A DNA stretch of 64,000 nucleotides from Paraspadella gotoi (lineage: Eukaryota > Animalia > Chaetognatha): assembly GCA_051294375.1 (NCBI GenBank), contig CM119265.1, forward strand, positions 5,002,352 to 5,066,351, given 5' to 3'. Under the pieces are notes generated by a model. It had not been told where the DNA came from. It did not search any database and was given only the letters and a program-made list of their open reading frames with translations. The stretch's first letter is position 1; each line of letters begins with the position of its first letter. Of the stretch, positions 11,201 to 23,064 are shown one piece after another. Position numbers and translations under genes: made by a program.

Positions 11201-14200
11201 TCTCACACTCAACTCTTATAAGAACAAATTAAAAGAAATAATTAAAAACATTTCTGTAATACCTGATTCTCGATGATCTGCGTTGGGTTCATAGCTTTGG
11301 TAGACGTGGTACTTAGCTAATCTCTCAGCAATATCTCGAAACGATCGGAAGGGCGTTTTGATGTCGGGATTGTTGATGAGGTCAGACTGATCTGTTGACA
11401 AAAATAAAAAACGAGATTTTAATAAAAAAGACAAAATAATATGAGGGTGTAATAAAGGAGACAAGCAAGTACATAATTAATCGAACCTTTTTTCAGTTGC
11501 GCAGAGAATACTGGCGGTTTTATTATAGATGGTTTCTTATCAATCTGTGCTATAGATGAAATCTGGCTTTGCTTTTTGCAATGCGCCGCAACTAGTTGCT
11601 GAAGTACTTGTTGTTGTTGTTCAGGAGGCAATTTTTGAAGCTTTTTTTGCGTCTCATGTGGGAGAGGAACCGTTATTGTCGCAGGACGCACCGAAGTTGT
11701 GGGGACAGAGACTGAAAAAAAAGTACAGTAAGGCGGATTTAACGACGTTAGGTACTGTACTTCGTATTTAGAAAACTTTGACCACTTTTGAAATTTAAAA
11801 TGAGATTGTAACGGATTATTTAGCATATAATTAATTATTGCCACAAAACCGTTTTTTAGCCGGATCGGCTTATAGCATATTCCGGCTCCACGATTCACTT
11901 TGTCGGTCCGTCGGTAAGTTAATTATGATACATTATGCAAAAAAATTGATGTCGGTCCATCTGTCTGTCCGTCCTTAGCTTTGTACGTCAATTACTCAGA
12001 GGATCGGGCGATTTATTTGAAAATTTGTGTGTAGGTAAAATTAATTAAATTACGATGGAATCGTCAAAGTAGAAATGTATAATTTTCCTTTCGTTTCGTT
12101 GCTATTTAAATATTATTACAAAGTAGTAGAGTTTTTAATTTGTGTATTTTTACAACGAATTTCCTCGAATAAAAATTAAAAACTACTACTTTGTAATCAG
12201 ATTTTTATATTAAATATAAATTCAAGCTGCATAAATTAAATAATTATACGATTAATTAATTTTTTAATTAATTAATTAAGAGACAGAGAATAAGAATAAG
12301 AGCTATCAAACAAAGAAAATGAATAAGCAAAAAACATAGGATGATGGGAACAAAAAATTAAATCAATTAAAATAATTAATTAGCTTCTTAACGCTAATGT
12401 TTGTTGGCAGATTCCCTCAAATTTGTTATAATGTAGCTATCTCCAACTTTGTAAAGGATACCACATTACAAATATTCTTATCATCATCAACATTACAAAT
12501 TTAATCTTCACCTGGAACTTTTGGAATCATTGAAATTGCTGCAGAAACTGGACGGACGACTAAAAAACAAAAAGTAGCATTAATGCAGCAAAGAATATAA
12601 TCAATTTCACTAGGTCACAGGAGGAATTGCCTACTTCTCTCTTTCGTCACTATTCATCACTATTCTCACAATTTCACATACGTAAATTCGGTTACAAATT
12701 TCAAGAGACATAACCATACCAACCTGGAGCCGAGGAAGATATTGTAGTAGTTACAATAGACTGAGAGACAGAGGTAGATGCAGGTGAAACGGTAGTGATT
12801 TTCGTGTTCGAGTTAGCAACAGTCTGAGGTTGAATCACGACAGCTTGGGATTGACTTTGGTGAACATATTGTGCGTTTTGATTCGACGAAACAACTTGCG
12901 GGCCGGTACTTCCAGAATTTGTCGGAGTCGCATTGGAAATTCGAGAGAATTTATTCCTCCCATTGCTCTCAGGAGTTACAATTTCTATTTGCTTTCCCTC
13001 CGATAAGATTCTTTGCTGTTCAAGTTGAAGTTGCTGCAATTGTTTTGCTTGTTTTTCTCCACTTTTATGGCTTTGAAGCTTTTTAATTTCTTCTTGTATT
13101 TTTGTCAGGCGTTGATGATTTTCAAACGACAATTGAATAGTTTGAAATTGAGTTTTTGATTGGGTTATAGAAGGATTGACAGTCATTTTTTGTGTGCTAT
13201 TACATGGTGGCACAGTATTGATTGTTTGACCCATTTGTGGAACAACAGTTGGTAGCAATGGAGAGTTAGAAGAAGTCAATGTGACAGATGAAGGTGTTGC
13301 TAAATATGTTGCATTAACGGTACTAGCTGGCAACAAACTCGGTGGCACTAGTTTTTGAGATTTTGCTTCTACAGAAGTCAAGCAAGACGTATTTTTTGAA
13401 GAGCTACTGGCATTTGAGACCTGAGAAGATGATACAGTACTTTGGGTAGTGCTGCCAGAGGAAGCAGCCATGGGAGGTGCAACTCCAATCGGGATTAGTT
13501 GACCATTTGGTTGTCTAAGGTACTGTACTGTTTGTTGACCTTGAACAAGGGCCTGAAGATGAAACAAGCAATGAAAAACCTAAGTTCCTCACCCATTGAT
13601 ACATTAGAACAAACGATCCCAAGAATATTTTTTGTTAAAGCGTAGAAAATTATAAAATTTATTAACATTAAATCTTTAAGACGTCAACTACTGAACTTAA
13701 TTTTCTAAGTGTTGGCTTTACCATCACAAATATATAAAGATGAATAATAAAAAAAGGTTGAGCTAAATTTGGTTTGAGTACAGAAAATATTTCAGGCGTA
13801 AAATACCAAATTACCTGTTGGCCGGCAACCATAGATTGATTTTGTTGCGGTAAAACAATCTGCTGGCCATTAGGCAGCAAGAATGATTGCACAGCATTCC
13901 CCTGAACATTATTCGATTGGGGTAACAGAAATTGTTGTCCATTGGGCATTTGAATAACATTCTGAGATTGCACTGCCATTGCTTGTCCCTAAAATCAGTA
14001 TAAAAGTCAATTACAATTTTCAAGAAAATAAAAAAAATCAAACTTACTCCGGGACCAAGAACAATTCTCGTGCCAGGTTGACCGCCGGTTGGAATTTGAA
14101 TATGAATTTTCGGATCCTGGGAAATAGTTGTGACACCCGAAGTTGTGCTTGCAGTAGTTGTTACACCGGTTAACGAAGATGTTGCACCTGGAGAGTGAAT

Positions 14201-16475
14201 TAACAGGCCCCAGGGTGAACTGAGAAATTGAGAAAGTCTTGCAAAAAAATGTGAAAGTTACCTGAACCTTGAATGCTTGGACGTACACCAGAGAGACTAA
14301 TAAGTTGGCATCCGATGTTAATATAAGTATTATTAGGTCCAGGAACATACTGAGAAGCCGTTTGTACAAAAGGTCCCGTACTTCTAATTAACTGCTGGCC
14401 AGTTGACGCACTATTGCTCGGATTAACCTTTTAAAAACAAGGATTATATATGCCTAAAGTTTATCGAAGTGCCTCACTCTTAAACACGTATACACAATAA
14501 GAGATAAAAAAAGGGAGGAAGAAACCATATAACGCGATAGGTATACTTGAACAGAATGACCAACCGGAGAATTGTTAGACAAATGTATAATTAGGAGCAG
14601 GGAAAGGATAATAATATTATTAAAAATAGTTGAAAGTAATTGATAGAACAAATGATCAATTATCATAGTTTTCATATTAAAGTGACATATGCAACGCCTA
14701 ATTTACCTGAGGAGCCTGAATTAGAACTTGTTGCCCATTAATAGTTTGAATTATTTGCTGCTGGGGAATGACTCCTTGCTGAATTTGATTAGGGATCGAC
14801 GTTCCTTGTGAGGCTTGAAGAACTTGCTGTGGTAGTTGTGTTCCTATAGCTGAATGGCCGGTTAACGACATAGGCTGCTGCAGTTGAACAGTTGGCACAT
14901 GTTGCATCGATAGTGTAGAGAGAGTTTGTTGAGGATTTTCGGTTCCAATGTTGTTGCTAGCGGATGAAGATTGTGAAACAGGCTGAGCGCCAACGGATAT
15001 AGGTGCCGAATTTTGTTGACCACTATGAGCCAACGACGTTTGAAGAAGTGTGGGTTGTTGAACGAGAGCCTGTTGCATCTTAACAGCAGCAAGCTGTTCC
15101 TGGGTCAAGGGCTGCAGCTGTCCTTGAGAATTCACAATCATGAGTTGCTGTCCAGGAGGAAGGGCTTGACCTAAAAATTAAACAACTGCATTTTACACAA
15201 CATCTCTAATTAAAAATTATATAAATTCATACAGGAGTTTTTAGTCTTACCTAATTGGTATGGTTGCGGTTGTATAGATAATGAAGATGAAGCCGTTAAT
15301 GCCTGAAAAAAAAATATCAATTTTACCTAGAGTGATATACGTCATGAATATTAGTAAAAAAAAAACAAATATAAAAATATGAACATTTGACTAATTTAAC
15401 TGCATCTAAGGCCGTAAAAAATGATACCTGTTGCGGATGTCCAACGCCAACTGGTTGAGATTCTGTCATAGTATGAGCATGAAGTGGCGCGGGAGGAGTT
15501 GGTGGTTGTGCTATGGTTTTTAAACTGCTGGCACGTGATAAATTTAAGGAGGGTGAAAATTTGGAAGACTCCAAATTTTTCGCGCTTTTTGATTTTTTGG
15601 TTTTTTTCTTTTTTACACTGGTCTCTAAATGCTGAGCCATCGCATAACTCTGAGAAACAATATTTTGTGTCGAAGATATTTCATTTGAGACAAGAGAACC
15701 GTGATGCAATTGCTGGGGATCATTCACAATTTTGCCAACAGTTTGTTGAACGGCTGGTTGTTGCAAGTGAATGCCAAGTTGGGTTAAATAGTTGGGTGGT
15801 AAATTAGCAGAGCTCTGTATCATAGTTTGTTGGCCATTGTCTGGATTTAAACAGACAGATGGAACGTCGCTTCCCTGGTATGCAACGGAGTCAGTATGGC
15901 CTACTTGATATTGAGGGGCAACTACAACATGAGTAGTACCCCCGTTTGGAGCAGTATGTTGTACCGTTATGGCGCCAGTTTGTGAAATTTGTTGAACAAT
16001 AGTCTGAACAAAAATTTAACAGAAACAAAGTAAAAGAACCAATTTAAAAAACTAAAAATCCGGGAAAAACTAAAAGGGAATAAAAAAAATATTGAACTGA
16101 TTAAAATTAGCACCTGCGATGGCGGTTGCGCGGGCTGAACCGCCGCCCATGATTCCGAGGTCGTTATCGATGGAGAAAGAAGTCCAGCAGAATCAGCCTT
16201 AACAAAAATAATTATAATTGCCAAAGTGCAAAAAAAATCGACTATTTAACAACAGGTTAATATGAAACGTTTTACTAACCCCAGTTCCAGTATTAGGAGA
16301 AAGCAGCAGGGCATCGTTTTCAAAAAACGTGGGAGAAAGTTCACCGTTACCGAAAAATTCGTCCAACCCATCATCGCTAAAATATAGATTTAAACATTAC
16401 TCGATCAACCCTTTCTTTAAAAATTAGTAGTCTATCCTACCCCAAAATAGCCGCCGCTTCCTCGTCGTCCATCAT
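8274..16475 (-). CDS. BICRA: BICRA/GLTSCR1-like non-canonical BAF (ncBAF/GBAF) subunit; multi-exon
   Basis: Acidic N-terminus MMDDEEAAAILG..DDGLDEFF; long Q/P/S/T-rich middle; GLTSCR1 domain PDIKTPFRSFRDIAERLAKYHVYQ...VFETVSKNLLTKAENMMERFR...ESVMIQRMWLEKEK; C-terminal EVDAAIKNILL*. Some internal exon boundaries were not verified. Confidence 0.8.
9056..9266 (+). mobile_element. Family-A solo LTR in a BICRA intron (antisense to host)
   Basis: TATGGTGG...CTTCA termini; TSD CAGG/CGGG (3 of 4 match); B-box GGTTCAAGCCC; complete twister fold at 9163-9238. Confidence 0.85.
9736..9913 (+). repeat. Family-E repeat in a BICRA intron with a twister fold at 9798-9860
   Basis: Near-identical to 38490-38667; one P4 mismatch (CTGG instead of CAGG). 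Confidence 0.8.
10275..10346 (+). ncRNA. tRNA-like (tRNA-Gly-related) Pol III cassette inside the family-A LTR; not a real tRNA gene
   Basis: 72 nt; acceptor-like stem GCGGCCA/TGGTCGY; A-box-like TGGTGCCGGAGG; TCGCCTCCCA resembles the Gly-CCC anticodon arm; T-arm CCGGGGTTCTAGCCCGG. The anticodon stem is broken. Confidence 0.65.
10349..10424 (+). ncRNA. Candidate type-P5 twister ribozyme (family-A reference copy)
   Basis: P5 GGCAGTT/GACTGCT; P2 GG/CC; GA; T1 CGGG/TCCG; cleavage motif T^AA at 10373/10374; T2 GC/GC; P3 CTGTAACA/TGTTACAG; P4 CCTGA/TCAGG with loop TCCGAAGC. Confidence 0.8.
11852..12085 (+). mobile_element. DINE-1/HINE-like non-autonomous element fragment; related sequence at 25719-26470 and, on the minus strand, ~33930-34120
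   Basis: T-run, short inverted repeat, (GTCC/GTCG)n microsatellite and shared ...AAATTTGTGTGTAGGT...CGATGGAATCGTC core. Confidence 0.5.
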
Positions 16476-17214
16476 AATGCGGCAGGAAGAATACCGCCGT
16501 TAAAAACCTTTTAATCACCCTCCGGGCTTATTCGTATGGGTTATTGAACGTTCCATCCACATGTCGAAGGATAACCTTTTTCTTTTATTTTAATCAGCGA
16601 ATGAAGGTAATTTACACCGCCGTCTTAAGTGGCGCTCTGGAGGCAGTATTTGTATACAAAAAGATCCAGGACGATGACTTCATAGTTTTAAGAGCGAAAG
16701 TGGAGCGAGAGTGTGAGAAGAATCCTGGATGCTTATTGGCGGAGGAGCGCGGACAGCATTGGCTTTTCAGCGATGGCACTGTCGCTCGCGGCGTGCATGT
16801 GCGTAGCACTTGCACGAAACGAGAGGGAAATCCAGAGATCGCTCGATCCTCGGTTTTTTGACGAGACGCCCGGTCTGAAATGAAAGTTTTTGAAACAGTG
16901 ATAAAAAGTCGAACGAACACACAAAGAAATATTCACCCCTGGTTTTTAAACATCCGAAAGGTCATTAGACCTCAAATTATTTAATTTTATCGCTCATACA
17001 TTCTTACTATTATACATTAACAGCACGATATTCTAGGGTTTAACATTTTATTATTAGTACTAAATGTACTCCTAAAACGAGGCACTTCCCTTGAATTTAG
17101 GTTACTTACGTTCAACGGCTGTAATGAGCACCCAACACTGTCGTTTTAGACTAGTTCAGATATAAAATTAAGTGTGGGTCTGGAATTATGCGATCAGACC
17201 TTTTCGTGGCGTCG

Positions 17215-17355
17215 AACTGTGACGTCACCAACATGGTTCAGCTTTTGTGTATTCAATGTTTGACGTCAACGGAGAATAACCAATCCGAAAGGCGGAAAGA
17301 AGAGCAACTGTTAAAAGTCAACTCGTTGACTTCATTTGAGTCAACGAACCAATAG
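17215..17355. promoter_or_regulatory. Candidate promoter between the divergent BICRA and NAT8-like genes
   Basis: Two perfect CRE palindromes TGACGTCA (17220, 17261) and two CCAAT boxes (17280, 17349) in a CpG-containing stretch. Confidence 0.45.
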
Positions 17356-19426
17356 GGTTCCCGAGGATGCGATCATTGATTAAGGTTTTCTGCTATTCTG
17401 ATTCTCCTATTATTAATATCCTAGTATTAATATACGAGTTAACATTTTCTCTATTAATCGATAATAAAAATTATAAATTAAACATCTTCAGCAATATCGA
17501 GATAATTTTAAATTTAATTTCATAAAAAAAATTAAAAAAACTGAATTCAATATCCATATAGTTTCAACTTTTTTAACTTTCACGATTGCATATTCTTGAA
17601 ACATTTTTAAAAAATTATATCAAATTATAATTCATTATAAATTAAAATCAAGTTAATTTGATATAAACAAAAAACTAATAAAATTAAAAAGTAAACGATT
17701 GAATTCTAATTATATACATTATATAATTGTATCCTTCTTAAATAATTCAGTTGAAAAACTTTAAAAATAGTAATATAAATAGTTTATAATGATGCTGTCA
17801 ATAATAACTGTCAATATAATTGACAATAATAGTATTTCGATAATTATTTAAAGTACCGCCACCTTTTAAAACATAAGACCAATTTTTTCTCAAACTTCAG
17901 GCTGGATTGTAAACGATGATAATCAATTTTTATCTTTTGACAAGTGCCTACTTTGAGTTAAGACCAGTTAGATCTTGTTAATACTAGTTATTTCGTTAGA
18001 TTACTAACTTATTATTTCCGCTTGGTCCGAGGATATCCTATATAAGTTCATAATAGGATAATATATTTAACCACAAACTGGTTATTAATTTCGAGCCAAT
18101 TGTAAAGTACGGACGATCATTTTACACAATGTAGTACCCTAGCTTTCGTAATTATATCAATTTATTAATATTACGAACCGTCTCCAATGCGCTACTGGGT
18201 GGACCGGGTGCCGCGGGAGTCCAAGTTCCTACCGATTTCCTTCCACGCTTTGTTCACGTGGTCTTGTTGTTGCATCGGCCTTTTCTCCTCTTCCTCCTCC
18301 CTATAGCTCCCATGCTGGAGAAATTTGAGAGTCGAGTGCCTGATGCGAGGAGCTAAATCTAGTCTTTCTACATACAACATTAAATTAAATCTGCAGCTGA
18401 TATCTTACGTAAACCTTTTTAACTAAATTGTTGAAATTATTTATTTTGATGTCGTTTTTGTGCCGTTTTTTGTGTGTGAATAACGTATCATAATGATGTA
18501 CTCACTGCCGGTTCCGATTTTAAAAACTTTTTAAAAAAAAAATTTATACGCTCAAAATTAATCTCAATAATTTGAGGTTTCCTTAAATAAATTAACTGAT
18601 TAAAATCTTTAATAGTAAATCTTTGAAAGTATAGGTTTAATTAAATCTAACCTAAATCAAATGTAAGTGATTTAGTTTTATGTTAAACTATATAACGTTT
18701 TTAATGTTTTATAAAATCATAATCTTAAATATTTTTTACTAAACGTACAGATTTTCAAAAAAACAGCTATTGATCATTAAAAAGCTGCTTATAGATACTG
18801 TATACCAACACTCAAAATAATAAATCTTTGATATAAAAATTAAGACACCTAATAAATCTATCTCATTTTAACGACGTTTATCATTCCTGTCATTTTAAAA
18901 AGTGTCTCGAGGTCAAGTAGCTTGTATTGAATCAAAGTTCTTCTGGCTTTGCATTTGTCTAGTCTAGGGCCTTAAAATTTCTAAAATATGGAATATTTAA
19001 AAATGATGGAAGTGGCTGACTTACAAGGACAAGGAAGCCCTGACCTTTCTAAAAGCCCTTGCCCACCTTAAAAACAATTCCCAAGAATGTAAATACTTTT
19101 TCCAGCGCCTGTCCGTTGCCCTTCAACGAGGCAACGCAAACCTGCTGATAAACCGCGATTATTTACTTTCATTTACTGTTTTCGTCTAATTACTTTTTTA
19201 ATAATTTGATTGTTTACCCGATTTACTATGTATTTATTCATTTTAGGCAGTTTGTTATTTTGAAAAGAAAACTTTAATTATATGGAAATTGTAGTAAAAT
19301 AAAAAAACAACTGCATGCTCTCGCTTACGCCATCAACTGCGTCATCGCCAGGCAGAGAAAAAATAACTTTTTACAGTCTTACCTCGAGCTTTGCAGAAAA
19401 AAAAGGAAAAAACTTGCATAAAGATC

Positions 19427-22400
19427 ATGTTCTTGGGAAAGATGGGCGAAAATTCTCGGCCAAATTTCGCTTCTCATACCGACATCGTTGTTCGACCTCT
19501 GAAAGAAAAGGACGTTCCGCAGATAGTACCTCTTCTCGCCAAAAATTACGAAACTCAGGATTTTCGCATTGAATTTTTTAAGCATATAATGCGCCAGCCC
19601 GCGCCCATGCTTGCTCTCCTCTTATTCGGATGCATATCGTTTTTTGTTTGGAAGAATGCTTGGTTGGCGATCATTTCGCCGGTCATTCTCTACATCTACC
19701 TAGCAGCATTGTATCATTTCCAGGTATGACTCAAAAGGAAACGATTAAAAAATTTCTTATTAATCTCTTATTATTAATTAGGTGCACAGTGTTTTGAAAA
19801 ATGTTCCTGACTTGAAAGATATAATGCAGTATTACATCCGAAAATCCGGAAATCATTTTTGGGTCGCCGTTTGTGGAGATGAAGTTGCAGGAAGCGTTGG
19901 TATAAGGACTATTAGTGAAGGTTGCGTTGAAATAAAAAGAATGCAAGTATGTATGTTTTGGGAATTAATGATAATAAATTGAAATCCCTTAAGCCAGCAC
20001 AAATTTAAATATGAATTCTAAGGCGAAGGGCAATAAAGTGTGTCTAAAGTGAAGTTGTTAGCGACTTTTTTCAATCTTTTATTTTTTTTTTTATTTTCTT
20101 TGAATAGGAAATAGAATTAATAGGAAATAAAAAAAAATTTCATCCGTCATCTTTTTTTAAATCCTTATTATGATAAACATTTGCCTTTCGATAATGTGTA
20201 ACTAGTTTTTTATCAAAAAAAATTTATTTTGCCAGACGGGCGAATGCCCGACTTGGGCGAGATGTTAATTCGTTTCGGCTTCTTTTTACTGTAGTCGTCG
20301 TCGTCACGCTGTTTTAATATTGAAAAGTGTGTAACCATAAAAAGCTAAAAATTTAGATATAGCTTTTAATCAGCAAGATTTTTTTTATTCATATGTTTCA
20401 TATTCTTTCACTCATTTCTTTGTTTTATTTATAAAACATTTTTTTTTCTTCACAACTTTTTTTCTTTTTTTCTAAAAACGAGTTCGCTTTGCAGCGGCTG
20501 TCCAGCTTATCTGTATCTTTTACTATATTTATTTTACTATATATTTATTTGTTTTTATTTATAATGTATGATTATCATCGCATCAATGAATGATTATCAT
20601 TGCATCAATGAATGATTATCATCGCATCAATGAATGATTATTATTTTATCCATATTTGTTTTATCATCGCATCAATATTTGGTTATCGTCGCATCAATAT
20701 TTGGTTATCGTCACATCAATATTTGGTTATCGTCACATCAATATTTGGTTATTGTTAGGGGTAACCCCACTCAATGGAGGGAATCAAAAATTTAGAATGA
20801 TTATATGCTCAAACAAAATTTATACATTTTTAAGTATACTTTCAATGGACAAAACATTTCTTATGTGGCTCTATACCCAAATAATTAATTTTTTAATATT
20901 TATTTATAAATAGGAAAGGCCAAATTTTTTTTTGATAATTTTTAAATTTTAAAACCAGATTCAGATAGCTCATAAAAAGTTGTCTACACAAAGTATAATT
21001 CTTTTTTAAATATTTTAATGATAAGTAAGTCAAAAATAAGAAAAACCGTAAAAAATCATCATCATCATCATCTTTCGATGATTTTATCAGTTTTTTTATT
21101 TTTTCACATAGAAAACGTAAGAATTTTTAAAAGCTGTAATTATATTTCTTATTTAACTTTTAATGCTCTATCAGAATCCATCAAAAAATTTTAAGATTTC
21201 TAAAAAAAATTTTTATAATATTAAAAAAGACAAGTAATATTTAATGTATTAATCAAGACGTATAATATAAGTTGTTTTTGAAAATGATTGTTTAAATATT
21301 TAGTCAAGACAACTAAAAGTACTTTGCTAATAGTCGAAATTTTATATTATCTCTGGAGTTGGTCCCTATTATTGTCGCATCAATATTTGGTTCTCATCGC
21401 ATCAATATTTGGTTATCATCGCATCAATATTTGGTTATCATCGCATCAATAATTGGTTATCATCGAAGGTAGGCTCGATCCTATTCTTTTAAGATTTTTT
21501 ATAGTTTTGGCTGGGACTTACTTAAATAAAAATTATTATGAATAACAATGAAGTTTTATAAAAGTGTGCGATCATAGTAAGTTAAAAATTTAGATATGGC
21601 TTTTTATCTTGAAATAGCTTTGAAATTTTCATATTACATTTGGATTCAAGTATTTTTTGTTTGCATTAATATTTGATTATTATCACATCAATAATCAATT
21701 ATTATTACATCAATCAATCAATTATTATTACATCAATTAATTATTACAGAAGGCTTCATATTATAAAATATAGTACCTTTTTTTTTGTGACCAGAACACG
21801 TTCCGAGAAAACTATTGAATAAATTTTAATGAAATTTGGTATGAACGATTCTTATGTGAATACAAATAAAAATATCAAAGCGAATTTCAATATTTAACCC
21901 CTGAGCCGATATATGGGGCCCGGTAGGGGTCACTCATAAGGGAAAAAAATGGTCAAAATTTGTTTTAAATTTTTTTTTGGTTTTTTTTTTTTGAACAGTT
22001 GCCCAGACGTTTACTCTTCCACAAAAATATAATTATTTCCTTAAAAATATTAGTTTACCATGAGTTTCAGCTTCATGAATATCAGCTGTTCAAGTCAGAT
22101 TTAAAATAATTTTGAAAAATTTAAAGAAAAATGATGAACCATGCATCTTCAAACTCCGATTAATTAGCAAAAAATTTATTAATTTGTTTTAAAAAATATT
22201 TTATATGTTTAAACTATCGATGAACCTGATTTTATTAAAAAATTATAAAAATATAAAACAAATTTTTAGCCTTTTTTGGCCCCCTAGGGGTCCAGCACCA
22301 GGGCCCTGTATTTCTTGTCAGGGGTTGAATATTAAAATTTGCCTCGATAGTTCTATTTATATTGTCATTAGAACTCTAAATGTAAAATTTAATAAAATTC

Positions 22401-22846
22401 GATCCGGTTGTTTGGTGGGAACAGATTCTGATCACAAAAAAGGGGTACCTCATTTTATAATATAAAGCCTTTTGTATTATATCAATAATTCATTATCGCA
22501 TCAATAATTTGTTTGTTTTTTTTCAGATTTTTTTATTAATTTTCTTTGATAGTAACGTCTGGCGAGATTACTATACTTTTAAGATTTTTTTTATATATCT
22601 TTTGCATAGGTCTCTTCGAAATACCGTCAACGTGGCATTGCCAGCCGACTTATGGACGTGGTTATGAAATACGCAAAAAATGATTTGTCATCAAAAAAAA
22701 TAGTTCTTTCAACGACCGCAATTCAAGTTCCAGCCCAAGGAATGTACCTTAAATACGGATTCCAATACTCGCATACGGAAAAGCGATATGTAGGACCATT
22801 AAAAATTGCGACCATGGATTTACTACATTTTTCTAAAGATATTTAA
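19427..22846 (+). CDS. NAT8/camello-like membrane GNAT N-acetyltransferase; exons 19427-19723, 19782-19946, 22610-22846
   Basis: IVVRP start, hydrophobic segment, DLKDIMQYY..HFWVAV..VAGSVG..EIKRMQVSSKYRQRGIASRLM (acetyl-CoA motif), LSTTAIQVPAQGMYLKYGF; GT-AG junctions in frame. Confidence 0.88.
20570..21465. repeat. 22-bp minisatellite (CATCGCATCAATATTTGGTTAT)n interrupted by a ~610-bp MITE-like insertion (~20757-21368)
   Basis: Repeat units on both sides of a block with imperfect TIRs TAGGGGTAACCCC / GAGTTGGTCCCTA; the block interior resembles 43545-43750. Confidence 0.6.
21747..22474. mobile_element. MITE with ~50-bp TIRs and TA target duplication (Tc1/mariner-type); partial second copy at 27009-27235
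   Basis: TA|CAGAAGGCTTCATATTATAAAAT...ATTTTATAATATAAAGCCTTTTG|TA. Confidence 0.75.
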
Positions 22847-23064
22847 TACTCATGATATTGTCAAAGTGACTTTGTACACTTTTTTTTTATTACGACGTGT
22901 TTTATTTGTTTACAATTTTTAAATTATTACATTGTTTTATATTGATTTATATTAATTTCAAAAGCAGAAATTCTTTGTACAAAACTTTCTCCAAAGTGGT
23001 TAATTTTGAGTAAGTATGAAAACGAAGGGGTTTTCCCCTACAACAAATAGACATTACAGCCGAC

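Noticed and set aside
16544-16861. 105-aa + strand ORF upstream of BICRA
   Set aside because: No recognisable domain; likely a chance ORF in a GC-richer promoter or 5' UTR.
20570-20752. CRISPR-like array
   Set aside because: Head-to-tail 22-bp units with no spacers in a eukaryotic intron; this is a minisatellite.
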